From the IMG/VR virus record IMGVR_UViG_3300042549_007806: DNA of 63,005 nt; one strand, written 5' to 3'. A program made the position numbers and the translations under genes. Positions 30,540 through 39,212 of this stretch are shown here, one piece after another. Positions within the stretch are counted from its first letter, which is position 1, and each line of letters starts with the position of its first letter. Source of the stretch: an uncultured virus (IMG/VR IMGVR_UViG_3300042549_007806). Lineage: Duplodnaviria; Heunggongvirae; Uroviricota; Caudoviricetes. Under the pieces are notes generated by a model that was not told where the DNA came from, made no database searches, and worked only from the letters and a program-made list of their open reading frames with translations.

Positions 30540-32666
30540 TCAGTTCTTTATCAAGGTGTCTGATTTTTTACTTACCATATTTAACATATTTTCATCAAAC
30601 TCGAGGTCATTTAAATCATCGGTAATTTCTTTTATTTTTTTTCCTTTTTGTTTGTTTAATTCCTCCTGTACTTCTTCTTTAGTGACTTGACTTTCATTCT
30701 TCTTTTCCCACTCAAGTTGATTTTTTTCGATTTGAGAACTCGCTTGTTCTATAGCTAATTTTATTGATTTTGAATCTAAAGAAATATTACCGTAATTATT
30801 TATTTTGTCAAATTTTTTGGAGTCTTCCAATAATGATTCTAATGTATCATTTCCACAAACACCGTCAGGATTCAATCCTCTATTTTTTTGATATTTTTTA
30901 ATTACATTTTCAGTGTATTTATCATAATATCCCCATTTGAATGATGAATTAACGGCACCCAAATTATATGCGGGAGACGACTTTTTCAAAGAAAATATTT
31001 TGAAGTTTCGTTTTGTATCGTCCGATAATGTAATATTAACTATATATACCCCTTCTTGTAATTTAGACATGTCAACAAGTATGTTAGTTTTTTCATCATT
31101 ATTTTTTGATGCCATTTCTCTACCGTAAACACTATACACTTTGACACTACTTATTTCTTCAGCATTCTGAAAGTTCAAAATCATATTTTTACTATCGTAG
31201 CTATAGCTAGCAACTTTTTGATCACTTTTAATACCTAGTTTTTTTAGAACATACTGAATAAAAACAACTTCATACATAAAAGTATTCTTAAAATTTTTCT
31301 CACTAAATGTAAGATTAGATTTTATTATTTGTTCCAATGACATGACAACAATATCCTTTAAAGTACTAAGTTGTTTCTCTATGTCATCAATTAGTTTTTC
31401 TTTCTCTTCTGTATCGCATCTTTCAGCAAATCTTTGTGTTGCTCCGCCAATTTTACCTAAGAGAGATAATATTTTATTTTCTGAACCTTCAAGGTCTTGT
31501 AGACTAAACGACCTACAAACTCCAAGACCACTTGCGATTGCGTCCCATGTCATAAAACCACCTCCCATTACAAGACCTGCTTGTGTTAAAAAATTTGCAG
31601 GTAACAAAGATTTTTTTACTAAGTATAGTAAAAATTCTAAAAACTTTTCTACATTTTTAGTTAGAGTCATTAGTGTTTTGGTTACTACATTTTTCATGGC
31701 AGTTTTAAGTGCCAATTTTACATAATAGTCTTGATTCTCAATAAATTCATTTAAAGCTTGTCTTTCTTGTGAACTTAACGATTCGGAACCGATCTTTCCT
31801 GCTTTCCATAAACCTAACTTTTCTAAAAACTTTTTGAACTTAGGTATGCCCATATTCTTTAGGTATTTTGCCAAAAGAGTAAAACCAGGCACTAAAGCAA
31901 ATACCATACCTAATCCTGCCATATATATATCACCATCTACCGTGGCATAAATAGCAGCATCTAATAATTCGAGTGAAAACTCTACTAATCCATAACCTAA
32001 ACTAGTTCCAATACCACCCGTCGCTATTGCAACTAATACCGCAGATACGGGTAACACAACATGTAAAAGTTCTCTTGTATATGGAGGTATCATTTGTTTG
32101 GCTATTGTTGTGGATGGGTCAAAAACTGATTCATAAGAATATTTTTCATATGGATTAAATTTTTGAAGAATATTTTGATATTGTATTAACCATTTGTCAT
32201 TTTTCTGATATTGTATTTCAGAAGCCATATTAACATCCCTATTAAGTTCTTGAAAAAATGGGTCTTGGGCAACACTAAACTCTTGTTGTTGTAAAAACTG
32301 AATTATTGTTAACCCTACCGATTCGGGAAAATTTTTGTGTATTAATTTTAAAAGTATGTCATACTGATTTTTGTTTTTTAAGGTTTTTAATGATTCTAGT
32401 AATCCGTCCTCATCTGTACCCCATTTCCAAAACTCAACCCAGTATGAATCTTTGTTTATTTCTTTTTTAATTTTTTCAAAAACTCTATATGCAACTGTCG
32501 TGTCTTTAGATGGTCTGTTAGTATCAATTAATGGTTGGAACTGCCCTTCTGAACCTAATCTATCACTTTTAACGGTTTGTTCCATTAAAGTCTTAGATCT
32601 ATCAAAATTGATTAATGATAATTGTCTAAGTAGTTCAATATTTAGTGATAAATCTTTGTCCATCAT
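30540..32666 (-). CDS. Leader-bearing protein with hydrophobic helices and a peptidoglycan-binding domain interrupted by a T9SS-CTD-like domain
   Basis: Start reassigned to ATG 32666, which overlaps the upstream TGA; VIKKYQKNRGLNPDGVCGNDTL; LQEGVYIVNI. Confidence 0.65.
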   Translation of the reverse strand: MMDKDLSLNIELLRQLSLINFDRSKTLMEQTVKSDRLGSEGQFQPLIDTNRPSKDTTVAYRVFEKIKKEINKDSYWVEFWKWGTDEDGLLESLKTLKNKNQYDILLKLIHKNFPESVGLTIIQFLQQQEFSVAQDPFFQELNRDVNMASEIQYQKNDKWLIQYQNILQKFNPYEKYSYESVFDPSTTIAKQMIPPYTRELLHVVLPVSAVLVAIATGGIGTSLGYGLVEFSLELLDAAIYATVDGDIYMAGLGMVFALVPGFTLLAKYLKNMGIPKFKKFLEKLGLWKAGKIGSESLSSQERQALNEFIENQDYYVKLALKTAMKNVVTKTLMTLTKNVEKFLEFLLYLVKKSLLPANFLTQAGLVMGGGFMTWDAIASGLGVCRSFSLQDLEGSENKILSLLGKIGGATQRFAERCDTEEKEKLIDDIEKQLSTLKDIVVMSLEQIIKSNLTFSEKNFKNTFMYEVVFIQYVLKKLGIKSDQKVASYSYDSKNMILNFQNAEEISSVKVYSVYGREMASKNNDEKTNILVDMSKLQEGVYIVNITLSDDTKRNFKIFSLKKSSPAYNLGAVNSSFKWGYYDKYTENVIKKYQKNRGLNPDGVCGNDTLESLLEDSKKFDKINNYGNISLDSKSIKLAIEQASSQIEKNQLEWEKKNESQVTKEEVQEELNKQKGKKIKEITDDLNDLEFDENMLNMVSKKSDTLIKN

Positions 32667-33112
32667 GATGCGTATTTTCCTGTTGGTCCGTAACCTCTTC
32701 CTGAAGTCCATTTATAACCCGTACCTTGGTAAGTCGGACCTTTAGTTCTCCCACTATCCCAAACAGTGTTCCCGACAGGGTTTCCCTTAGATCTATTGAC
32801 TCCACTTTCCCACTTACTTACAGTACCTCCCCCTGAAGATGCGGTATCAGTAGTGGTATCTGTGGTAGTATCTGTTGTAGTTGCAGTTTCTTCACCCTCT
32901 TCTTTGATTTCACCTTCACCCATCCCATCAGAATCATAACTATCCATTTCTTTGTCCATTTCTGGATTTACACCATATTGTGATGGTCCTGTTTGTCTTG
33001 GGTCTTGGTCGTCCGCATAGTCACCATACGGATCTTTTGTAAACTCCGTTGATCCTTCTAAGATATTCATCAAATTTTTGATGCGTGATATGCTCTCTTG
33101 TAAATTTTTCAT
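32663..33112 (-). CDS. Leader-bearing hypothetical protein with W-x-S-G repeats
   Basis: MKNLQESISRIKNLMNILEG; WESG/WDSG/WTSG. Confidence 0.7.
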   Translation of the reverse strand: MKNLQESISRIKNLMNILEGSTEFTKDPYGDYADDQDPRQTGPSQYGVNPEMDKEMDSYDSDGMGEGEIKEEGEETATTTDTTTDTTTDTASSGGGTVSKWESGVNRSKGNPVGNTVWDSGRTKGPTYQGTGYKWTSGRGYGPTGKYAS

Positions 33113-33149
33113 TTACTAATAAATACTTTAACAATAAGAAAAATAAGAT

Positions 33150-34487
33150 TTATCCTTTGTATTGTAAATGGAAGTGAGGACCTGTGGAAGCATCCGAGGG
33201 GTCATTATATTCGTCAATATAACCGAATCCAGAATATTGACCTTTATAATTATTCAATAGATTTATAAATTGGCGATGATAACCCCCATCCAAAGTAACA
33301 TCTAAAGCCTTACCCATAGAGTGTAGACTAGTATAATTTAATCCATGATGGAATTTATCATTTCCAGATGTCACAACTAAATTTGCGTTAGGAACCATTT
33401 TTTTAAATTCCTGAAATAGTGATGTTACAATACCTAAAAACTTAGGATCAACATTTCCTCCACTATCTATATCTGCACCACCACCCTTTAGTTGTACGCC
33501 AATATTAGACATTTCTTGTTTGAAATCCGAAACGGACCTGTTAATCATCTCGAATTCATCTTCAGGTTCAACATCTTTTAATATTTTACTTAAAAACTTA
33601 CTCAAGTCATCCTCATCAAATCCATGAACTCTTAATTCATAAATTAATTCCTCTAAAGTGTCATTATCAGATATACCTGTTGGTTGAATTGTATTATCCA
33701 TTTGGAACTTTTTTACCGCCTTTTCTGTTTCTTCATCGTAAAACCCATTTTCGGTCAAGTCCCCATACCCTAAGAATGATAATGCTATTTTAATAATCCT
33801 AACATCATCAATATCACTAAACCTGTCATCAATACTGTAACTATTTTTTGATTTAACAATTAAATCGAAGTTATCTAAAAACTCATATATCGTGTCGTAA
33901 TCTGTTTCGTCATTAATATTAAGGTTTTGGTTTTTCTGTAAAATTTCTTTTTGATCTTCATTTTCAAATTCAAATCCACCATCGTTAATAAAATTATCAA
34001 CAACCCCTCTTAGGTTTCTTATAACTTTACTACCCTTTGAAAGTACCTCATCCCCAAAAGAAAAGTAGTTACCGACAACATTTACTTTGTCTTTTTCTAA
34101 CATCTGATGAAATATGATTTCATCATCACCAATTTTGTCCCATTGTTCGTCATCAAAGTCATATTCATCGATATCAATATATCCTTTCATCAAATAAAGT
34201 TCAGCATTAGGAAATACTCTTGAAAGTTCATTAACTAATGCCGATATGCTCGTATTTGGGTCAAATAAATCGTTTGACCCAACAGAAAAAAACAAAGTAT
34301 CAACAAATGGATATGGTTCTTGTCTAGTAAGTTGCATCAATAATAGATTGACATCGATGTTTGGATCTATAAGGTCTATTGGTCTAAATAAATCTGAATT
34401 ATCCAACAAGTAGGCAATTTCATCACCGATTACTGCAACATTTGGTTCGTTAACAAAATCCTCTTGTAAATTAAAAATCTTTTTCAT
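33150..34487 (-). CDS. Peptidoglycan-binding protein with C-terminal M15/LAS-like metallopeptidase and a degenerate SGNH-like N-terminus
   Basis: ETEKAVKKFQMDNTIQPTG; VTSGND..SLHSMGKALD...HFHLQ (H-x6-D, HxH). Confidence 0.7.
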   Translation of the reverse strand: MKKIFNLQEDFVNEPNVAVIGDEIAYLLDNSDLFRPIDLIDPNIDVNLLLMQLTRQEPYPFVDTLFFSVGSNDLFDPNTSISALVNELSRVFPNAELYLMKGYIDIDEYDFDDEQWDKIGDDEIIFHQMLEKDKVNVVGNYFSFGDEVLSKGSKVIRNLRGVVDNFINDGGFEFENEDQKEILQKNQNLNINDETDYDTIYEFLDNFDLIVKSKNSYSIDDRFSDIDDVRIIKIALSFLGYGDLTENGFYDEETEKAVKKFQMDNTIQPTGISDNDTLEELIYELRVHGFDEDDLSKFLSKILKDVEPEDEFEMINRSVSDFKQEMSNIGVQLKGGGADIDSGGNVDPKFLGIVTSLFQEFKKMVPNANLVVTSGNDKFHHGLNYTSLHSMGKALDVTLDGGYHRQFINLLNNYKGQYSGFGYIDEYNDPSDASTGPHFHLQYKG

Positions 34488-34789
34488 TTGATTTGTGTTT
34501 TAGGTAGTTTGTCGGGATACACAACATAATATTCATTCAAAAATGTCAATAAGTCATCTTCGTTATTAATATAATCATATTCATCATTATCCCATTCGTC
34601 CTCCTCGTCGATTATTGATTCAAAAATATCAAAGTCTTTACTGTTGTCAAAACCAAACTCTTCAAAAAAAGAATATTCGATAATATCTTCTCTTACATTA
34701 TCTTCAGAGTCGCCTAATAACCTAAACTCAATGTTTATTATATTTTGAGTTTTGTCAACATAATGTGATATAACTTCAATTACTTCCAT
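34484..34789 (-). CDS. Acidic hypothetical protein
   Basis: 101-aa ORF overlapping its neighbours. Confidence 0.65.
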   Translation of the reverse strand: MEVIEVISHYVDKTQNIINIEFRLLGDSEDNVREDIIEYSFFEEFGFDNSKDFDIFESIIDEEDEWDNDEYDYINNEDDLLTFLNEYYVVYPDKLPKTQIK

Positions 34790-35283
34790 TAATTGTATTT
34801 TTGAAATCTTTTGAACATATCTAATGATTTATATACATTCTCCTCAATTTGATCTCTTTGTTGTTGTAAATCTTCATCCTTATTAAGTAAATCATCTAAA
34901 TTAGATTCTTCGTAAACTTCTTCCTCCACTTCATATTCATAAACATCCGAAGGTCCCTTTGATTCAAAATCATAAGGTCTTTTACCCATACCCATTTGTG
35001 TCATAGATTGTTGTGGACCTTTAGAGTCAAAGTCATACGCCGGTGTAATCTCATCATAGTTGAGTGGTTTTGCTGTAATCTCATTAATATTATGATTTCT
35101 GTAGTTCCCAACCTCACCTCTAGAATTAACAGTAATTCCTTCTTTATCACCAGTGGCGTCGTAAACCCTCAATGGAGTCATATTAGATGGAATATTACCT
35201 ACCGCATAACCATTATATAATTCACTGTGTTTTTTTAATATTTCTTGTCTTTCATCATTAGACATTATTGAATATCCTCTCAT
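34789..35283 (-). CDS. Hypothetical protein with YDF.SKGP repeats
   Basis: 164-aa ORF; MSNDERQEILKKH. Confidence 0.7.
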   Translation of the reverse strand: MRGYSIMSNDERQEILKKHSELYNGYAVGNIPSNMTPLRVYDATGDKEGITVNSRGEVGNYRNHNINEITAKPLNYDEITPAYDFDSKGPQQSMTQMGMGKRPYDFESKGPSDVYEYEVEEEVYEESNLDDLLNKDEDLQQQRDQIEENVYKSLDMFKRFQKYN

Positions 35284-35963
35284 TCTATTTCTTTATTTAA
35301 AAATTTATTACCTCCAAACATCCAAAATTGTTTAGCCGTTGTTGCCAAACGACCCATAGTTCTTTGAACCCTCGGAATACTTATTTCTTCGTTTTTTTTC
35401 TCAAGATATTTTAAGGATGCCCTTACAAACAAATCATAAATGTCTTGGGATCGACCAACAAGTTTATCTATAAGTATCTGCTTATCTTCATCAGGAGTTC
35501 TGTGGTAACTTTGTAATTTGAAAAAATCTTTTATATAGTCAGGACCCATTAATAAAAACTTACCACCTTCCGTAGCCATATTGTGTGAACCGATTCTTCT
35601 TTCAAGCTCCAAAAACTTATATATCTCATCTAAATCTCTTGTTGAAAAACATGCTAAAAAATCACCTTTAGCCATTAGGTCATCAAGATTTTTAAAATTA
35701 ATTTCTTGTATGTCTTCCTTTTTTTCTTCTTCATCCATTAACCACCCATCAACATCGGGTAATAATGAAAGAGTACTGATTACTTTACCATCATTATCAA
35801 ACCAATTCACTCGGTATTGGTAATCAACGGAACCACCGAAAGAAGGTATTTTTTCTACTTTTATAACTTCACCTTTAGTTCCGGGACCAACATCCTCCCC
35901 ATCCATATGGACAAGAATGATTTTATCACCGGTGTCAAGTTTAGGGTTTAATCCTTTTTTCAT
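35280..35963 (-). CDS. Hypothetical protein
   Basis: 227-aa ORF with upstream TATTTATA. Confidence 0.7.
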   Translation of the reverse strand: MKKGLNPKLDTGDKIILVHMDGEDVGPGTKGEVIKVEKIPSFGGSVDYQYRVNWFDNDGKVISTLSLLPDVDGWLMDEEEKKEDIQEINFKNLDDLMAKGDFLACFSTRDLDEIYKFLELERRIGSHNMATEGGKFLLMGPDYIKDFFKLQSYHRTPDEDKQILIDKLVGRSQDIYDLFVRASLKYLEKKNEEISIPRVQRTMGRLATTAKQFWMFGGNKFLNKEIE

Positions 35964-36019
35964 ATCTATAAATAGTATATAAAAACAAAACCCAATCGTA
36001 TGATCAGGTTTTGTTAAAA

Positions 36020-36640
36020 TTAGTGTCCGTTAAATTTTAATCCTTCATTAGGTCCTGTTCCTGTCACAACAACTGTAGATACCATAGAACCCTTAATCAT
36101 CACATCAATGGCAATATACTTGTAGTCTCTATCTTCCAAAATCTTTTTGTGTGGTGGAGAATTTAAAAAAGACTCTAAAACTTTTTTTGCCTGAACCTCA
36201 TTAGATGGTCTAACCCCTCCACTATTTATTACCTCACCAATAGGTCCAAAGTCTTTATTCGTATTGTAGTATCTGATTCTATCTGCAAAGTTTGGAATTA
36301 ACTGTGTTTTACCCTTGTATTCAAAAGTTGATCCGTCACTAGTGGTGCTTTTTTGTGGTTCCCCGTGACTAATAAAATACTTTTCTTGTTTGAAAGACTT
36401 ATCTTGATTTTGTGGTTTATTTACCCAAACCATATCAAACAAATAATTGTTATGATGCTCACACGCAAGACTTGCATTTTTATTTATTGTTAAATCAACA
36501 ACAGAGTCACCATACAAAGTCTTTCTGTGTTCGTTCAGATATTTTAAAAAATAAAACTCAACACTATCTGAAAAAATAGTTGTTTGTGTATAACCAAAAG
36601 TGTAAATAAAAAAAGATAAAAAAACTAATAGACTTTTCAT
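36020..36640 (-). CDS. Secreted CAP (SCP)-domain protein
   Basis: Signal peptide; LNEHR, ACEHHNNYL, GEVI, FLNSPPHKKIL. Confidence 0.7.
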   Translation of the reverse strand: MKSLLVFLSFFIYTFGYTQTTIFSDSVEFYFLKYLNEHRKTLYGDSVVDLTINKNASLACEHHNNYLFDMVWVNKPQNQDKSFKQEKYFISHGEPQKSTTSDGSTFEYKGKTQLIPNFADRIRYYNTNKDFGPIGEVINSGGVRPSNEVQAKKVLESFLNSPPHKKILEDRDYKYIAIDVMIKGSMVSTVVVTGTGPNEGLKFNGH

Positions 36641-36659
36641 GTGGAGGTGGTTTATACCA

Positions 36660-36667
36660 CAAATATA
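36660..36667 (-). promoter_or_regulatory. Bacteroidota sigma70 -7 element TATATTTG
   Basis: Matches TAnnTTTG, ~20 nt upstream of the CAP gene. Confidence 0.6.
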
Positions 36668-36711
36668 TACATTTTTTTATTTTTAAAGATATTTATTTTA
36701 AAATATTTTAA

Positions 36712-38292
36712 ATGGAAAATGAAAAAAAAATATTAGAAGAAATCAAAAGGTTTTCTTTTATGACAAATTACGACCCAAGTAAAGTAATTAATGAACAAGA
36801 AACAGAGAGAAGAGGTTTTAATATAGGTGCAGATCTTTTTGGTAACGAATTCAACATGAGAGGAATTCAAAGAAGTCCAACTAAAATTGGTTTAGGTTTT
36901 GAATACGATAAAGAACTAGATAAAGAACTGACGACCGCAGGTGATGTATATTCTAAAATGTCTGCAGAAATACAAGATGGGGATTATCAAAAACTACCAG
37001 CAGAAACTAAAAATATGTTTGCAGAAGGTTTTTATAATGCAATAGAAGCGGTTATCAACGGACAGAAAGTTAATAAGGAAGATAAAGAAAGTGTAAAAAA
37101 ACTAAGAAAGTTTTTTAAAAAATCACAAAGATGGTCCTTTTCTGTTATAGAACCCGAAGATGTTGGGGTAGTTAAGTTAAGTGTGACATCGAAAGGCGAT
37201 TTATCAACATTAGAGGGTCTTAATCAAGTAATGAATCAAGAAGTCTTTAACCTTAATGAGGCGAATTCTAAAGAAGGTACTATATTATCAAAACAAGGTT
37301 CATATTTTTATTACGATAAAAAAGAGGGTGATGTCTCATCAAATGTAATTAATAAACCTATACTATCATCATTATTTGCGAGAGCATCTAAACCATTAAC
37401 TATTAAGGAACTGTCACCTGACGAAAAATACACGACCGTTGGTGGTTTTGAAATTGTTGTTCCTAAAATCCCTGGAAAGTATGTTGCTGGTTCTTCTGAC
37501 CCCCAAATGTTCCTCCCAAACATGATGAAAACAATTTTGGATATAGTTTATAAAACATCAGTATCATTTAGTGATGGTGATCCGGCAATTACAGTTAAAG
37601 AAATGATCGAATGTGGTGATGGTAACTGTGATAGCACATATACAATTAATGTGACTAGTGCATCAATATTGTCTTCAGCAAGTAACACTTGGGTTAGAGA
37701 TGAAATATTAGATTATACTCATGAAAATAATGGCACCAAAGTCAAAGATATTGGTAGTTTAGATCGTAAAGGAAATAATATTAAAAACTTTAAATTAGCG
37801 AAAGAAAGGGGTAATAAGTTAATTCAGGCGGTTCTTACTGACATCGCAAAAACACCAGGAATTAAATTATCACAGTCTTTTGATTGGTCGAGTGATATCG
37901 AGACGGAAATTCGTATCACAAATACAGGTGGAAAAGTAGACGAAACAAAAACATCTGAATTTCCGAATCCCGGTCAATATTCTGAAATATTAATAGATTT
38001 TTCGGTTACAAAAACAAAACAAAGGACTAGAGCATCAGTGAACCAACTTAAAGGTGAAATAACACAGAAAATTATCGTACTGAAATATACAGGACGCAAA
38101 GGTGGTGGTTTTGATATAGATTTTTCTTTAATTCCAGGAAGTAAAGAAAAATCAATGTACTTAAGAAAAGGATTATTCGGTGGTCGTAAGTGGCTTTCAC
38201 AAAACACAACAGATCGAAGACTCTCTAATATGTACAAAAAAAGAGATAAGGCGTTTGAAAGAAAAAGAAAGGCAAATAACCCAAACAGATAA
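36712..38292 (+). CDS. Leader-bearing hypothetical protein, possibly with an OmpA-like fold region
   Basis: MENEKKILEEIKRF...VINEQ; SSAS...NFKLAKERG. Confidence 0.7.
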   Translation: MENEKKILEEIKRFSFMTNYDPSKVINEQETERRGFNIGADLFGNEFNMRGIQRSPTKIGLGFEYDKELDKELTTAGDVYSKMSAEIQDGDYQKLPAETKNMFAEGFYNAIEAVINGQKVNKEDKESVKKLRKFFKKSQRWSFSVIEPEDVGVVKLSVTSKGDLSTLEGLNQVMNQEVFNLNEANSKEGTILSKQGSYFYYDKKEGDVSSNVINKPILSSLFARASKPLTIKELSPDEKYTTVGGFEIVVPKIPGKYVAGSSDPQMFLPNMMKTILDIVYKTSVSFSDGDPAITVKEMIECGDGNCDSTYTINVTSASILSSASNTWVRDEILDYTHENNGTKVKDIGSLDRKGNNIKNFKLAKERGNKLIQAVLTDIAKTPGIKLSQSFDWSSDIETEIRITNTGGKVDETKTSEFPNPGQYSEILIDFSVTKTKQRTRASVNQLKGEITQKIIVLKYTGRKGGGFDIDFSLIPGSKEKSMYLRKGLFGGRKWLSQNTTDRRLSNMYKKRDKAFERKRKANNPNR

Positions 38293-38293
38293 T

Positions 38294-38322
38294 AAAAAAC
38301 CCAACCGAAGTTGGGTTTTTTT
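38294..38322. terminator. Bidirectional intrinsic terminator
   Basis: AAAAAACCCAAC-CGAA-GTTGGGTTTTTT between convergent genes. Confidence 0.85.
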
Positions 38323-39158
38323 TATTTAAGTAAGTTGTAATACTCTTTGAAATGTTTGATTCGATCGGCTAAACCTATTGTACCACCATTTACTCTTTTA
38401 GTAACTGATGTTACGGTAGCGTCATCAGCACCTTTATCACAAATCGCCCATAACTTATTTGAATCAAAAAAGAACGCGGCGGAAGCTAATGGATATTTAG
38501 TGGCTACTAAGTCAGGGTTAGCAACACAATCCTCACCAATAAACTTTGTAAAGTTTGTGTAGTTTGCCTTTCCTGTCAATTGAATATAACCTCTTCCTCT
38601 GAATTTGAAACCTTCACCTGACGCTTCGTCACCATTACCCATTCTTGATGCGTAAACACGAGCTGCAATTTTTTCAGGTTTACGAGCGTAAGATTCGTTC
38701 AAATTTCCTGGAAAATATTTACCAAATATTTTCTTTAATCCATCCGCAGAATAATTTAAGTTTTCACTTACCGCCTTAAAGTTACCCGATTCGTGACCAC
38801 ACTGAGCTAAGAAATGTGCTAACCTTAAATTATTTGTAATATTAAACTTAGCCGCCGTCTCAGGTATTTGAGTTAGAACCGCATCAGGAATATGACCTTT
38901 TAACTTTTCAATATTTAATGGACCCCCTTTTGGAAGAACCACATCTTCTTTAATGACTTCTGTTTTTGGCGATTGTTCTCCGAACAATTTTGTCCATGTT
39001 GTATCTCCAACAATACCATCGTCTTTTAACCCGTTTGCTTTTTGCCAAGCTTTCACAGCCGCTTCAGTTTTTGGACCGAAGGTTCCTATTGCTTCGACTC
39101 CAAGTTTTACCTGTAATTTTTTTACATCTTCTCCTTTAGATCCGACCTTTAATAACAT
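38322..39158 (-). CDS. Endolysin: PG-binding domain plus GH19 lysozyme
   Basis: GSKGEDVKKLQ...DGIVGDTT; FLAQCGHESG, ENLNYS, FRGRGYIQLTG, VNGGTIGLADR. Confidence 0.92.
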   Translation of the reverse strand: MLLKVGSKGEDVKKLQVKLGVEAIGTFGPKTEAAVKAWQKANGLKDDGIVGDTTWTKLFGEQSPKTEVIKEDVVLPKGGPLNIEKLKGHIPDAVLTQIPETAAKFNITNNLRLAHFLAQCGHESGNFKAVSENLNYSADGLKKIFGKYFPGNLNESYARKPEKIAARVYASRMGNGDEASGEGFKFRGRGYIQLTGKANYTNFTKFIGEDCVANPDLVATKYPLASAAFFFDSNKLWAICDKGADDATVTSVTKRVNGGTIGLADRIKHFKEYYNLLK

Positions 39159-39212
39159 ATTTTTTAGTTTTATTAATTAATGTGTTTCCACATAAAATAA
39201 ATATAAGTAAGT

